DNA of 64,000 nucleotides from Nanobdellota archaeon (GTDB lineage: Archaea; Nanobdellota; Nanobdellia; Pacearchaeales; GW2011-AR1), in NCBI GenBank assembly GCA_038045825.1, contig JBBSXJ010000003.1:148-64147 (forward strand). Direction: 5' to 3'. Position 1 is the stretch's first letter. Every line of letters begins with the position of its first letter. Shown in pieces: positions 26,471 through 36,997 of the stretch. A program made the translations under genes and the position numbers. Under the pieces are notes generated by a model that worked only from the letters and a program-made list of their open reading frames with translations, did not search any database and was not told the origin of the DNA.

Positions 26471-27010
26471 ATGAAGAGTCAAGTCAAGGTATTTTTTGTT
26501 TTGCTTTTGATTATAGGTCTTTTCATTTATTTTAATTGGAAAGACTTTATGCTTGAACCAACTAGACCTGAACAATATGAATGTGGTGATGAAGCCGAAA
26601 AGAATATTGTTTTAAAAAAAGGTGAAAAAATGAAACCAGTGCGGGGTCTTGGTTCAACTGAAGAATTAGCCTTACTAAATGCTAAAGCAGGCTGTATGGG
26701 GAATAGTGAGGGGATAGGTGGCTTAGCTGGATTAAAAATGGATGCTAAGGGCAATGTTAGATATCGATTCGTTGATTTTACCTGCGATAATGCTGTACGT
26801 CAATGCATAGGAGGCGGTGGCACTGGATGCGAAGATTATTTTTTCTCAGATATTTTTAATAGTGAGTCACATATTCTTTTCACTTGCGAGCAACCTTTTA
26901 AACTTGCAGAAGGTAGCTTCCTGGCAGATTGTAGTTGCGAAGTAACTCAAGATATAGCATTATATGCCACTTGGGGATGTACTGAGTGTGAATATCCTGA
27001 TGGAGAGTAA
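26471..27010 (+). CDS. Cys-rich exported protein (paralog of 34238-34822)
   Basis: N-terminal TM; C-terminal DCSC...WGCTEC. Confidence 0.7.
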   Translation: MKSQVKVFFVLLLIIGLFIYFNWKDFMLEPTRPEQYECGDEAEKNIVLKKGEKMKPVRGLGSTEELALLNAKAGCMGNSEGIGGLAGLKMDAKGNVRYRFVDFTCDNAVRQCIGGGGTGCEDYFFSDIFNSESHILFTCEQPFKLAEGSFLADCSCEVTQDIALYATWGCTECEYPDGE

Positions 27011-27122
27011 AATTGTGCAGAGCTTATTCTTCACAGTTATAAATAGATCATAGGGGTTTTATTCAAGATCCTTGTAAGACACTTGACAAAACATTTAAAA
27101 TGACTCTTCTTTTTTATTATGG

Positions 27123-27641
27123 ATGGTTACTTTAAAGGCTAAATTTATTATTGAAATTCTTGGAAGACCTGTTGAACATATAGAAAAGACACTTACAGAG
27201 CTTACAGATAAAATAGGAACTGAGAAAGGGGTTTCATTATTACACAAGGAAATTAATAAAGCAAAGAAAGTTGAGAAGACTGATAATCTTTGGACTGCTT
27301 TTGCAGACATAGACTTGAGTTTTGAGAGTCTTCCTATATTCATGAATATTGCAATAAATTATATGCCTGCCCATATTGAGGTATACGAACCAGACATGTT
27401 CAAGATGAATGCGTTTGAGATGAATGAGTTTGCCAACTTTGTAGTTCAAAAACTGCACAATTATGATGCATTAGCGAAAAGAATGATGGGGGAGCGAGAG
27501 ATATTGATAAGTAAACTTGAATATATACGCAAGGGTGGAAATCCTAAAGATGTTTTTGCTCCTCAACAACCTCAAGTTGTTCCTCAAGAACAAAAGACTG
27601 AAAATAAGAAAGAAACTAAGAAGAAGAAAAAGTCTAAATAG
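27123..27641 (+). CDS. Hypothetical protein
   Basis: Well-formed ORF with Lys-rich tail; no function recognised. Confidence 0.75.
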   Translation: MVTLKAKFIIEILGRPVEHIEKTLTELTDKIGTEKGVSLLHKEINKAKKVEKTDNLWTAFADIDLSFESLPIFMNIAINYMPAHIEVYEPDMFKMNAFEMNEFANFVVQKLHNYDALAKRMMGEREILISKLEYIRKGGNPKDVFAPQQPQVVPQEQKTENKKETKKKKKSK

Positions 27642-28818
27642 ACTTCTTAAGAATTGAATTTAGAGGTAAGTTTTTTGGACTTGGAAGTTTTGTTTTTCTA
27701 TACTTCATGAATATGAATGCTATTACTACTAAAACTATTCCGATGAAAATGTAAAATATCCATGAACTTGATGATGATTCTTCAGCAACATTACATGCGC
27801 CTATACAGCATGATCCGTCTAGAGTTTGAACATTCTGTCCTGAACAGACTTCAATTGCTGAACAGAATTTTCCCCCAAGTTCAGAACAATAATACTCAGG
27901 ATTTGAACTATTTGTAACCTTACTATCATCCAGAGTAAATGAAATTTGGAAAGATATATTTTCTATTGTTTCTGATTCTTTTGATATTAAGATAATCTCT
28001 GAAATGTTTGTGTTTGTATTTATAAGAGATATTGATATATTTACAGTCTCATTTGCTTCAATATTTATTGAACTGTTACTTAATGAGAATATTTCATTAT
28101 TATATACAAAATAAATTCCTTCAACCGTTTGTTGGCCATTGTTTTTTATAGAAATATCATAAGATTTGATAGAGTTTATTTTTAATGTCTCCCTTAGTAT
28201 TTTTGGATAAACTGTTAAGGATATTGGCTCTTCTGAAGGTTGAGAACTTGTAATAAATATTGGGACTTGATATTTTCCTATATTTGCTATGTAAAACCCT
28301 GATGGTTTTTGACCAATATTAAAATTAATGTTGTTAATTCCAGGATTTAATGTGATTGTAGTTTCTTCTGGGAAGTCAGAATTTATATTTTGAGATGAAT
28401 CAAGATTTGAGTCTATTGATATTGAGAAGTCTTCATTTGTGACTATAAATCCGGGATTTATTGAATAATCTGTCAAATTGCTTGTTACTTCAAATGTTTG
28501 ATTGAAATTTACTAATTGGTTCTGACCATTAACTGTTGTGGCTATATTATTTATGAAAAGAGTATAATTATTTGAGGTTGATGGAACTTGAGCATATAGA
28601 TAATATTTGTCTAATATTCTTCTTACATCATAATCAACTGCTATTGCAATATGAGCTCTTTTGAAAACAATATCTGTTCTTTCTATTGGCTCTAGTATAT
28701 TTCCTTGTATTTCTATAATCATTGTTTCAGAGCGTTGATATGATGGAAGCATTGTTGTGCTTATGGATGACACTAAAGGTAAAAATAATATAATAAACAA
28801 AAATAATATCTTCTTCAT
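27634..28818 (-). CDS. Surface protein with Cys-rich module and C-terminal TM
   Basis: Signal peptide, N-glycosylation sequons, CSELGGKFC...CCIGAC, TM. Confidence 0.75.
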   Translation of the reverse strand: MKKILFLFIILFLPLVSSISTTMLPSYQRSETMIIEIQGNILEPIERTDIVFKRAHIAIAVDYDVRRILDKYYLYAQVPSTSNNYTLFINNIATTVNGQNQLVNFNQTFEVTSNLTDYSINPGFIVTNEDFSISIDSNLDSSQNINSDFPEETTITLNPGINNINFNIGQKPSGFYIANIGKYQVPIFITSSQPSEEPISLTVYPKILRETLKINSIKSYDISIKNNGQQTVEGIYFVYNNEIFSLSNSSINIEANETVNISISLINTNTNISEIILISKESETIENISFQISFTLDDSKVTNSSNPEYYCSELGGKFCSAIEVCSGQNVQTLDGSCCIGACNVAEESSSSSWIFYIFIGIVLVVIAFIFMKYRKTKLPSPKNLPLNSILKKSI

Positions 28819-28819
28819 T

Positions 28820-30673
28820 TTACTTGCTCATTTCTTTGAGCTTTGCCATTGTTTCTTCCATTTCCTTGTCTTTACTGGATATAGGTCTTCTTACTGGTGG
28901 AGGAGATGATGGAGAAATAATTCTAGGCTGTGCTCTTGGGTAAGGCATTGGTCCTCTGAATGGGGGGAATGGAGGTCTTGTTCCTGGAGGAGATGGTCTT
29001 CCAGGGCCTGTTGATGGAGGCGATTTATTTCTTGACTTGAAAAGATTCATCTTTATTTTATTTCTGAATATTATTCCAACTACAACTAAAATTATCAATA
29101 TTATCAATAAGATCATCCATATTCCTAAGCCTGATGATTCTGAGGTTGTTTTTGTTTTGCAACAAACATTTCCTGTTGTAGGACATGTGAATAGTATTTG
29201 TTCTTCAGTATCAAGACATGAATTATCACATATTCCTCCAGCTGTTGTGCAGGCATTTGCTTGAGGAGCAGCTCCGCATGTTCCAAGACAACACGTTCCA
29301 TCAGATGATCTCTGAGTTGAACCAGAGCAAACCTCTCCTGTTAAACAGATTGTTCCGGATAATGCTGGACATGATTGTAATATAGGAGTTTTAGAACAAC
29401 ATGCTTTTGTTCCAGGACATAAATATTCATTCAGAATTTCTCCTTCTAATTGAGCACAATTGAATTCTGATGTGCAATAATATCCAGATGGCTCACAAGG
29501 ATCGGCTGAACCAGAACCGCCTGTTCCAGAACCTGTACCACCCACAGCCCTTGACCATCCAGCATAAAGAAGGAATCCTGTATCTCTTATATTGTCATTA
29601 TTCCAGCAACCAGCAGGAGTTGTTATTGTTTCGAAGTATGCCTTTGAATTAGTTTCTTCTACAGAGTTTGTTCCCTGTAAAGATAATATTGCTAGAGCAG
29701 AATCATAATATCTATTGTATGGGCTGTTTGGAGCCTGCCAGAACTTTGACTGTTGTTGCTGTTGAACTAATTCTGAATATTGATCCTGACCATCTGTTAA
29801 TATGTGGAGGAAGCTACTTGGAATGAATCTCTTGTTTGATTCTGACAAAGCAAGAAGATAAGGAAGATACTCACTTATTGATGCTCCTAATTTATCAAGA
29901 GCTATGGCAGCCCATAATGTTCCCTCGTAATCACATGATGTAGATGATGAAGTAAGACACTTAGAATTTATTTTTTCAGTTGTTGTTCCAAGAGCTGCTG
30001 TTGAGTGTGCTATTGGAGATACGTATAGTGTAGATGAACCTGTTCTTTGATATAGTGTTGATGTTGTAAAGTCTTTGTCGCATGATATTGTGTAGTTGTA
30101 ATCTATACATGTGTTAACAACGCGAAGCCAAAATCCTTCCTGAGCTATTGAGAGACATGATCCTGGATTTCCAGATATAGTCATATCTTCATTAATTGTT
30201 ATTGATCTTTGTTGTTCATTTGAATAAGATAAAGTACATTCAGAGGATTCATGGTTTTCAACATCTATTTCTATATACCATGTCAATTCAGTTGTGGCTT
30301 TACTCTTTGATAATATCCATGTTTTAATTTCATTAGTATTTCTTCCTATTCTATTGTATGCAAGCATTACTTGAGCTGTGTCTTTCAGAGGGTTAGAAGA
30401 TTCCTGCCAGTGATTTCCGGAAACTATTTTGCTTTCTATTACTGAAGTTAATTTTGAATTTCCTCCTAAAGCTAAAACTCCAAAGACTGCTTCTTGAAGA
30501 GAAATTGAATTTTGAGCTTTTGATTCAACTTGAGATTGCAGACATTGATATGCTTTAGAGATGACATTTGTACTTCCAGAAGTTGGAGGATTATTTGTTG
30601 ATGCGTTCTGAGCAAGAGCAAATGACAGGAAAAATATAGTTAATAAAATAATTACAACACTCTTTTTTTGCAT
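28820..30673 (-). CDS. Surface protein with Cys-rich repeats, TM and Pro-rich cytoplasmic tail
   Basis: Signal peptide; three six-Cys modules; TM; PPGTRPPFPPFRGP tail. Confidence 0.8.
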   Translation of the reverse strand: MQKKSVVIILLTIFFLSFALAQNASTNNPPTSGSTNVISKAYQCLQSQVESKAQNSISLQEAVFGVLALGGNSKLTSVIESKIVSGNHWQESSNPLKDTAQVMLAYNRIGRNTNEIKTWILSKSKATTELTWYIEIDVENHESSECTLSYSNEQQRSITINEDMTISGNPGSCLSIAQEGFWLRVVNTCIDYNYTISCDKDFTTSTLYQRTGSSTLYVSPIAHSTAALGTTTEKINSKCLTSSSTSCDYEGTLWAAIALDKLGASISEYLPYLLALSESNKRFIPSSFLHILTDGQDQYSELVQQQQQSKFWQAPNSPYNRYYDSALAILSLQGTNSVEETNSKAYFETITTPAGCWNNDNIRDTGFLLYAGWSRAVGGTGSGTGGSGSADPCEPSGYYCTSEFNCAQLEGEILNEYLCPGTKACCSKTPILQSCPALSGTICLTGEVCSGSTQRSSDGTCCLGTCGAAPQANACTTAGGICDNSCLDTEEQILFTCPTTGNVCCKTKTTSESSGLGIWMILLIILIILVVVGIIFRNKIKMNLFKSRNKSPPSTGPGRPSPPGTRPPFPPFRGPMPYPRAQPRIISPSSPPPVRRPISSKDKEMEETMAKLKEMSK

Positions 30674-30763
30674 AGACTACTGGAGGAGAAAGTGTTTATA
30701 AAGATTCTTAAAAGAAACTGTTAGAAGGGTAATGTTTAAAATTAAAGAGGTTCTTAGGCTTTC

Positions 30764-33700
30764 ATGTTAAGAAAGAGGAATATATTATTTGTAAGTATAT
30801 TGCTTTTTGTATTTATAACTTTTGTAAATGCTTCTTTGCTTGATGACAGTGATTTTGGAGATATTACAAATGGAACATTTTATAGAACATTTTACAATTT
30901 CAGCGGGTTTGTTCAACTAAATGCTTCTCAGACATCTGGTAATTTTTCTAGTAGAATATTTGATGTTGGAATAAACTCGACTTGGAATAATATTTCATGG
31001 ACAACCGAACTATGTTATGGATGTGAGCTTTCTAATAATGGAATTTTAGAGTCTGGAAATTTTGTAAGTCCTCTTAATATGGCTGGAAATGTTTTGCTTT
31101 TGCATATGAATGAATTAAGTGGAAATATAACCGATTACTCTGAATATAATAATACTGGGAGAGCTACTTTGTTTGAAGGCCCAGAGTATGGTGCTCAAGG
31201 AAAGTTTAATACAAGTTTGGACTTTGAGACTGGAACTGGATCTAATGGAGAATTTATCAACTTTTCAAATCCTTCTCACCTGAGTAATTTTGGAAGTCAT
31301 TTAACTCTTGAAGCTTGGATAAGACCTGAAAGTTTTCCATCTGATCCAACAATAATAGACAAAGGACCTTCATTGATATCTTTTTTTGTGTCTTCTGGTG
31401 CAATTAATGTTTTGACATTTATACTTGACACTAGCTCTGGGACTGCTACCACTTATTCTGCAAGTACTGATATGAATGCAAATGAATGGTATCATCTTGT
31501 AGCAACATATAATGGCTCACAAGTTAGGCTTTACGTTGACGGAGCTCTTGATGGTACTCCTACTGCAAGAACTGGAACTGTTTCTACAAATAACCTTGAC
31601 TTTGTTGTGGGCTCTGGTTGGAGTGGAACAAATCCTAATGGATTCCCCTTTGATGGTTTAATTGATGAAGTTGCAGTATATAACAGGTCTTTGAGTGCAC
31701 AAGAAATTCAAGACAGATATCTACGCGGAATATCTAAATTAAACTTAAGTGTAAGAAGTTGTGATGATGCTTCTTGTTCTGGTGAAAGTTATTCTAGAAT
31801 AAATGGAACCTCTTCACAAAGTCTTAACTTGAACAGTAATAGATATTTTCAATATAAGTTTGATTTTAGTACTGAAGATGTTGATTATACTCCTAAATTG
31901 TATAATGTGAGTATAGGCTATTTGACTACTAATTCTCATCCTATATTAAATATAACTCATCCAAGAAACAATTCGAATTATAGCTCTTTGCAGACATCTA
32001 TTAATTATACAGTATTTGATGTTGATCTAGATAGTTGTTGGTATTCTATTGATTCTGGAGTTATAAATGAGACGATTGTTTGTGGAGAAAATGTTACTGA
32101 GCTGTCAAGTGGACAGGGAAATAACTTATGGAGAGTTTATGCTAATGATAGCACTGGATCTGAAAGTTCAAGCTCTGTATCTTTCTTTGTTGATAGTGTC
32201 GGACCTACTATAGATATTGTTTTACCTGTTAATAATTCATTACTTACAAATACCACAGTTTTTGTAAATTATACTGTTTTTGATTCGGGAGTTGGAATTA
32301 GTAGATGTTGGTGGACAAATTCTTCTGGAGCAGTTAATAACACAATTACTTGCGGAACAAACTTCTCTTTTGTAGGAAATCAAGGAACTAATTTTGTCAA
32401 AATTTATGCTAATGATACATTTGGAAACCTTGGAAGTTCAACAAATACTTTTGTAATAAACACTCAAGCTCCATCAATTAATATTTTCTCTCCTATTGCA
32501 GGTTCAGTTATTGGAAGTCTTAGTGGTTTAAATTTAAATTTCAGTGCTGTAGACCCAGCATTACAAAGTTGTTGGTACACATTGACTGAAGGATTTTCTA
32601 ATTTCACAATTCCAGGCTGTCAGAATACAACATTTAATGTAAATAGTGATGGATTATATGAGATTTTTGTCTATGCCAATGATAGTACTGGAAATGTTGG
32701 ATTTGATTCAAATATATTTACAGTAAGTGTTAATGCTCCATCAATAAACCCTACAAGTCCAATAGATAGTTATTTTGGATTTTCAGCTTCTCAAAAAATT
32801 GATTTTGTTTATACCCCGTCTGATTTAGATTTGCAGACTTGTAGTTTATGGACAAATTCTACGGGATTGTATCAATTGAATCAAACTAACTATACTGTTA
32901 TTTCAGGACAGGATAATTCTTTCTCTTTGAATATGAGTAATGCAAATGAAGGATCATATTCATGGGCAGTCCAATGTAATGATACTTTAGGACATAATTC
33001 AATTACTGGGAACCAAACATTTTACATCGATAAAACTAAACCTAATGTTACAGTAATTGAGCCTAATGGAATTTATGCCAGTCTAACTAATATCCCTATA
33101 AGTTTAACTTATACTGATGCTAGCCCTGTTCAGTGCTTCTATAATGTAACATTTGCAGCGACAGGAAATGTGGTTATAGGAAACCCAAACCCCGAATTAG
33201 TAGACTGTGCTACAACTACGTTTACTTTAGACACTGAGTCAAGTTACTTCTTGTGGGTGAGTGTAAATGATTCTGCTGGAAACACTAATACAACTCGTAA
33301 AAGCTTTACAATAGAAGTTCCTTCATCTTCTGGAGGCGGAGGAGGCTCTTCAGGAGGGAGTGGTGGAAGCTCTGGAGAAGGTGGTGGTAGCGTAAGCTTA
33401 AGACAATCATTTAGTGCTGAACCTCAAGAAATAGATTCTTTAAGAATAAGAAGAGGAGAATCTGAATCTATAGAGTTGCCTGTAAAAAATAATGGATTAA
33501 GGTTTTTGAACAGTTGCCTGTTTACGGCTAATGCTGGAGTATCTGATTGGGTTTCTGGACAAGATGTTTACTCTTTAAGTCCTGGAGAAACAGTAGACTA
33601 TATATTTTCAGTTAATATTCCGATAGATGCGGAAATAGGAGACTATTTTGTTACACTTGGAGTAAACTGCCAAGAAATTAATTCAAGTTTCACCTATCAG

Positions 33701-34201
33701 ATAGAAGTTATTGGAGGAGAGTTTGAATTAAACATACTTGAATCTGAAAGAATAGGCACTAAACTGAAAGTTAGTTATTCAATCGAAAACTTTGCTCTTG
33801 AAAATAAAGAATTGAATATCAATTACAAATTTATTGACTCTAATAATGAAATAGCGTCTGAAGGTCCATTTAGCTCTGTAAGTTTACTTGCAGATGAAAG
33901 AAAAGAGATTGAAAGTGAATTTGAGTTACCTAAAAACTCAATAGGAGATTATATATTAATAATTGAAGCTTCTGATGGTCTTGATATTAATCAAAAACAA
34001 CAAGCAGTTAGATTGACTACTGGAGGAATATCTGGTTTTGCAATATCAGATAATAATCTTAGAACTATTGCATGGTTTGGAATAGTCGTTTTACTTTTAT
34101 CTGGAATGTTCATAGTAATTAAGATAATAAGGAATCAACTTGCAATAAGAAAAGCCAGTCAACAAGTTGAAAGACAATTTATTACTATTGATTTGAAATA
34201 G
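30764..34201 (+). CDS. Large LamG/Ig-like domain surface glycoprotein (1145 aa)
   Basis: LamG motifs TLEAWIRP, WYHLVATYNG, FDGLIDEV; repeated YANDxxG Ig-like modules; Gly-Ser linker; C-terminal TM. Confidence 0.85.
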   Translation: MLRKRNILFVSILLFVFITFVNASLLDDSDFGDITNGTFYRTFYNFSGFVQLNASQTSGNFSSRIFDVGINSTWNNISWTTELCYGCELSNNGILESGNFVSPLNMAGNVLLLHMNELSGNITDYSEYNNTGRATLFEGPEYGAQGKFNTSLDFETGTGSNGEFINFSNPSHLSNFGSHLTLEAWIRPESFPSDPTIIDKGPSLISFFVSSGAINVLTFILDTSSGTATTYSASTDMNANEWYHLVATYNGSQVRLYVDGALDGTPTARTGTVSTNNLDFVVGSGWSGTNPNGFPFDGLIDEVAVYNRSLSAQEIQDRYLRGISKLNLSVRSCDDASCSGESYSRINGTSSQSLNLNSNRYFQYKFDFSTEDVDYTPKLYNVSIGYLTTNSHPILNITHPRNNSNYSSLQTSINYTVFDVDLDSCWYSIDSGVINETIVCGENVTELSSGQGNNLWRVYANDSTGSESSSSVSFFVDSVGPTIDIVLPVNNSLLTNTTVFVNYTVFDSGVGISRCWWTNSSGAVNNTITCGTNFSFVGNQGTNFVKIYANDTFGNLGSSTNTFVINTQAPSINIFSPIAGSVIGSLSGLNLNFSAVDPALQSCWYTLTEGFSNFTIPGCQNTTFNVNSDGLYEIFVYANDSTGNVGFDSNIFTVSVNAPSINPTSPIDSYFGFSASQKIDFVYTPSDLDLQTCSLWTNSTGLYQLNQTNYTVISGQDNSFSLNMSNANEGSYSWAVQCNDTLGHNSITGNQTFYIDKTKPNVTVIEPNGIYASLTNIPISLTYTDASPVQCFYNVTFAATGNVVIGNPNPELVDCATTTFTLDTESSYFLWVSVNDSAGNTNTTRKSFTIEVPSSSGGGGGSSGGSGGSSGEGGGSVSLRQSFSAEPQEIDSLRIRRGESESIELPVKNNGLRFLNSCLFTANAGVSDWVSGQDVYSLSPGETVDYIFSVNIPIDAEIGDYFVTLGVNCQEINSSFTYQIEVIGGEFELNILESERIGTKLKVSYSIENFALENKELNINYKFIDSNNEIASEGPFSSVSLLADERKEIESEFELPKNSIGDYILIIEASDGLDINQKQQAVRLTTGGISGFAISDNNLRTIAWFGIVVLLLSGMFIVIKIIRNQLAIRKASQQVERQFITIDLK

Positions 34202-34237
34202 ATTAACCAAAATATATATTTTAAATTTTATTGTTGC

Positions 34238-34822
34238 ATGAATAAGATGGTTTTTGGAAAGAATGCTTTCGTTTATCTTGCCATTTCTCTTTTAGTAATT
34301 ATGTTTGTTGGAGGATATTTTGCTTCTTCTAGTCAAAAAGATCTTTTATCTCTAGGACCTCTCGGAGAAGCAACTACTGGACAAATACAGCTTTCATGTG
34401 GAGATTTTGATATTGGGTGGGTTAATATTCCTAAACAGGAAGAAAAATATTCTCATTTTTATAAAGATGAATATGATCAAGGTGAACTTTTTGCATTGCC
34501 TGAATGGCTTGCTATAGAATATGCGCAACAAGAATGTCTTGATAAAATTCTCGGTCAAGCTAGAGATTCAAGAGGGAATGCCTTAAAATATTATAGCTGT
34601 AGTCAGGCGGTAAATGTATGTTTGGCAAATGGAGGGGCTGGATGTGAATATTTCAGAAATTTAATTGATATAGGGCGTGAGCCACATATTGCTTATGATT
34701 GTTCTTCTAGTGTTGTGCAAGGAGGAGTGCAAGTTGATTGCACCTGTATCCTAGAAGAGTCTAGACTTAGAGCGGAATGGGGATGTAGTGGTTGCGATTT
34801 GCCAGCTCAAACAGGGATATAG
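34238..34822 (+). CDS. Cys-rich exported protein (paralog of 26471-27010)
   Basis: N-terminal TM; C-terminal DCTC...WGCSGC. Confidence 0.7.
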   Translation: MNKMVFGKNAFVYLAISLLVIMFVGGYFASSSQKDLLSLGPLGEATTGQIQLSCGDFDIGWVNIPKQEEKYSHFYKDEYDQGELFALPEWLAIEYAQQECLDKILGQARDSRGNALKYYSCSQAVNVCLANGGAGCEYFRNLIDIGREPHIAYDCSSSVVQGGVQVDCTCILEESRLRAEWGCSGCDLPAQTGI

Positions 34823-34823
34823 A

Positions 34824-36407
34824 TTAATTGGTCTTCTTTCTTAGTTTTCTTGATACTTCCACTAACGGGTTCTTTGCATCTGGAACTTTGTCTATTATTT
34901 TTAGGTCTTTGTAAAAACTATCATTGCTATAATTAGGTGGAAGGATTTTCTTTTTTTGTTTAAAATGCCAGTCTAACTGGGATTTGACATAGCCCTCTTT
35001 TAGAGGAGGGTCGTTTTTCTTATTCCAATCATTAATCTTTTGAGATACATAATCATCAGGATAATTCAAACATCTAAGAAAAGTTAAAAGAACAAATAGA
35101 CCTCTTTTTCTTCCTTCCTGTAATCCTTTTAAAAGCTTCTTTATTGATTGAGGATACATTTCTTCTGTGACACCTGTGTAATCTGCAACATATTCTTCAG
35201 ATATTCTTCTCTTTTCTTCTTTTGGTTGATTTGCAGATTTCCAATTCAGAGATGTCTCAAGTAAATATTGTGCTTCATTCTCTTTTGCTTGTTTATAGAA
35301 ATGTTTTATTATTATTTTTAGAGGATTTGCATTTGCTGGAGTGAAAGATAGTATTTCTTCTTTATCTAAGACTACGCTAGAAAGAGAAGTTTTTTCATGA
35401 AGAGAATAAGGCATTCTGAATAAATGGCGGGGAGCTACCAATACTAAATCCAGAGGAGCTATGTCTTCTGTTTTGATATCTTCTTTAAATTCATTTGCTA
35501 TTAAACTATTTCTTGATTCTTTGGATTCTTGAATTTTATTTCTTGAAATAGGGATTATATTTTGATTCAAACTTAATTTTGTTTTACAGTTATTACAAAA
35601 TAAGTAATCTTCGTTTATTCTTTTAACTTCTAAAAAACCTGAACAACTTTCATCCATACATTTTAATTTTTTCTTAGTCACTTTAAAATCAGGTCTACTG
35701 TAAAGATTATTACATTTCTCACAAGCAAACTCTACGAAATTAGTTTTATTTACATGATTATTGCAGTTTGGACATTGTATAGATACTAAATCTTCTTTAG
35801 AAAGATTCATTCTTTCTTTAACAGCCTCAAAGTTTATTCCTTGTTCTTTTAGTTTTAAACTAAATTGAGGTTTTATTTTTTGCATTAGGAATTCAACTAT
35901 CGCTCTAGGCCACTCAGGAAACATATCTTTTGTTTTTAATCCTATAAACTCAGAAGGAAATGCGCTTGAAGGAACTATTATATGCAGGCCCTTTGAGCCT
36001 GAAAATTTTACACCATAGCTATTTATTCCAAAATTTTCCAATTCATTTACCAATAAAAGAGCAGCTATTTTAGAATAATCGAGGAATGGGGAGTCTATGT
36101 CTATCAAAAGATCCCATGATTTTCTGTTTTCTGACATTTCTTTCTGAGTCATGTCAGAGTTTATTGCTAATGGGTCATTCCATATTTCTTCAGAAGCATG
36201 AAATGATGTTGCTCCTTTATTGACAAGACCCATTATGTCCGAATTATATTGTAATGTATCTGGTCTTTTCCCAAAAGATTCAAAGTATCTAGGAACTACT
36301 TCTCTGTCCTTTGCAAAAAATAGTAATGCTTCCTGAACTTTTGGATTTGAATAATATAATCTGGTTATTGATCTTATCCTTTTTTCCTTTTCAGATACTT
36401 CTTCCAT
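34824..36407 (-). CDS. Fused DNA primase PriS-PriL (DPANN type)
   Basis: PriS motifs WDLLIDID, KFSGSKGLH, HLFRMPYSLH; C-terminal PriL/PriX-like GRKRGLFVLLTFL...LPPN. Confidence 0.88.
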   Translation of the reverse strand: MEEVSEKEKRIRSITRLYYSNPKVQEALLFFAKDREVVPRYFESFGKRPDTLQYNSDIMGLVNKGATSFHASEEIWNDPLAINSDMTQKEMSENRKSWDLLIDIDSPFLDYSKIAALLLVNELENFGINSYGVKFSGSKGLHIIVPSSAFPSEFIGLKTKDMFPEWPRAIVEFLMQKIKPQFSLKLKEQGINFEAVKERMNLSKEDLVSIQCPNCNNHVNKTNFVEFACEKCNNLYSRPDFKVTKKKLKCMDESCSGFLEVKRINEDYLFCNNCKTKLSLNQNIIPISRNKIQESKESRNSLIANEFKEDIKTEDIAPLDLVLVAPRHLFRMPYSLHEKTSLSSVVLDKEEILSFTPANANPLKIIIKHFYKQAKENEAQYLLETSLNWKSANQPKEEKRRISEEYVADYTGVTEEMYPQSIKKLLKGLQEGRKRGLFVLLTFLRCLNYPDDYVSQKINDWNKKNDPPLKEGYVKSQLDWHFKQKKKILPPNYSNDSFYKDLKIIDKVPDAKNPLVEVSRKLRKKTN

Positions 36408-36484
36408 AATGTTTTGGTATATGTCAGATTTATATGAATTGTGTTATTTCTGAAAACAAATGAATTTAAATAAATAAGATAATT

Positions 36485-36961
36485 ATGTCATTTATGAGTA
36501 AGCTGGTGATTGGAATTATTGTTATTGTAGTTGTCGTTGGTATTTTTGCTCTTTTCATGAGTGATCAACCTAATTTAGCTCCTAGAACTATTAAACCTGC
36601 ATTACCTGATTTGACAACTAGCACTTCAATAATTAATGTTTTAAACAATAGCTTTAATGGTTCTGTACAATATTTAGTTAATTATACTGTAAATTATGCA
36701 AATATTGGAAATGTTTCAGCCTCTAATATAACTGCACGCAATGGACATTCTATTGTATGTGCTGGTGGAGGTGGGACTGGTGGAGGTGGAGGCGGTTTTA
36801 CAATTCCTGTATTGAATCCAAATCAAGTTCTTGCATTCCAGCTTTCGATTACTGCCTTTTGTAATGGTTTGTGGACATCACATACGAACATAGATCTTCC
36901 AAACAATATAGCTGAATCAAACGAGAATAATAATAATGCAACAGTATCGGTTACAATATAA
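36485..36961 (+). CDS. CARDB-domain exported protein
   Basis: PDLT...NIGN...IAESNENNN CARDB signature. Confidence 0.8.
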   Translation: MSFMSKLVIGIIVIVVVVGIFALFMSDQPNLAPRTIKPALPDLTTSTSIINVLNNSFNGSVQYLVNYTVNYANIGNVSASNITARNGHSIVCAGGGGTGGGGGGFTIPVLNPNQVLAFQLSITAFCNGLWTSHTNIDLPNNIAESNENNNNATVSVTI

Positions 36962-36997
36962 TCCAAGCACCATAATACTTAAAAGTAAAATGCTGTC

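Noticed and set aside
33325-33390. GGA/GGT-rich repeats here and at about 36765-36795
   Set aside because: They encode ordinary Gly/Ser linkers, not a DNA-level repeat system.
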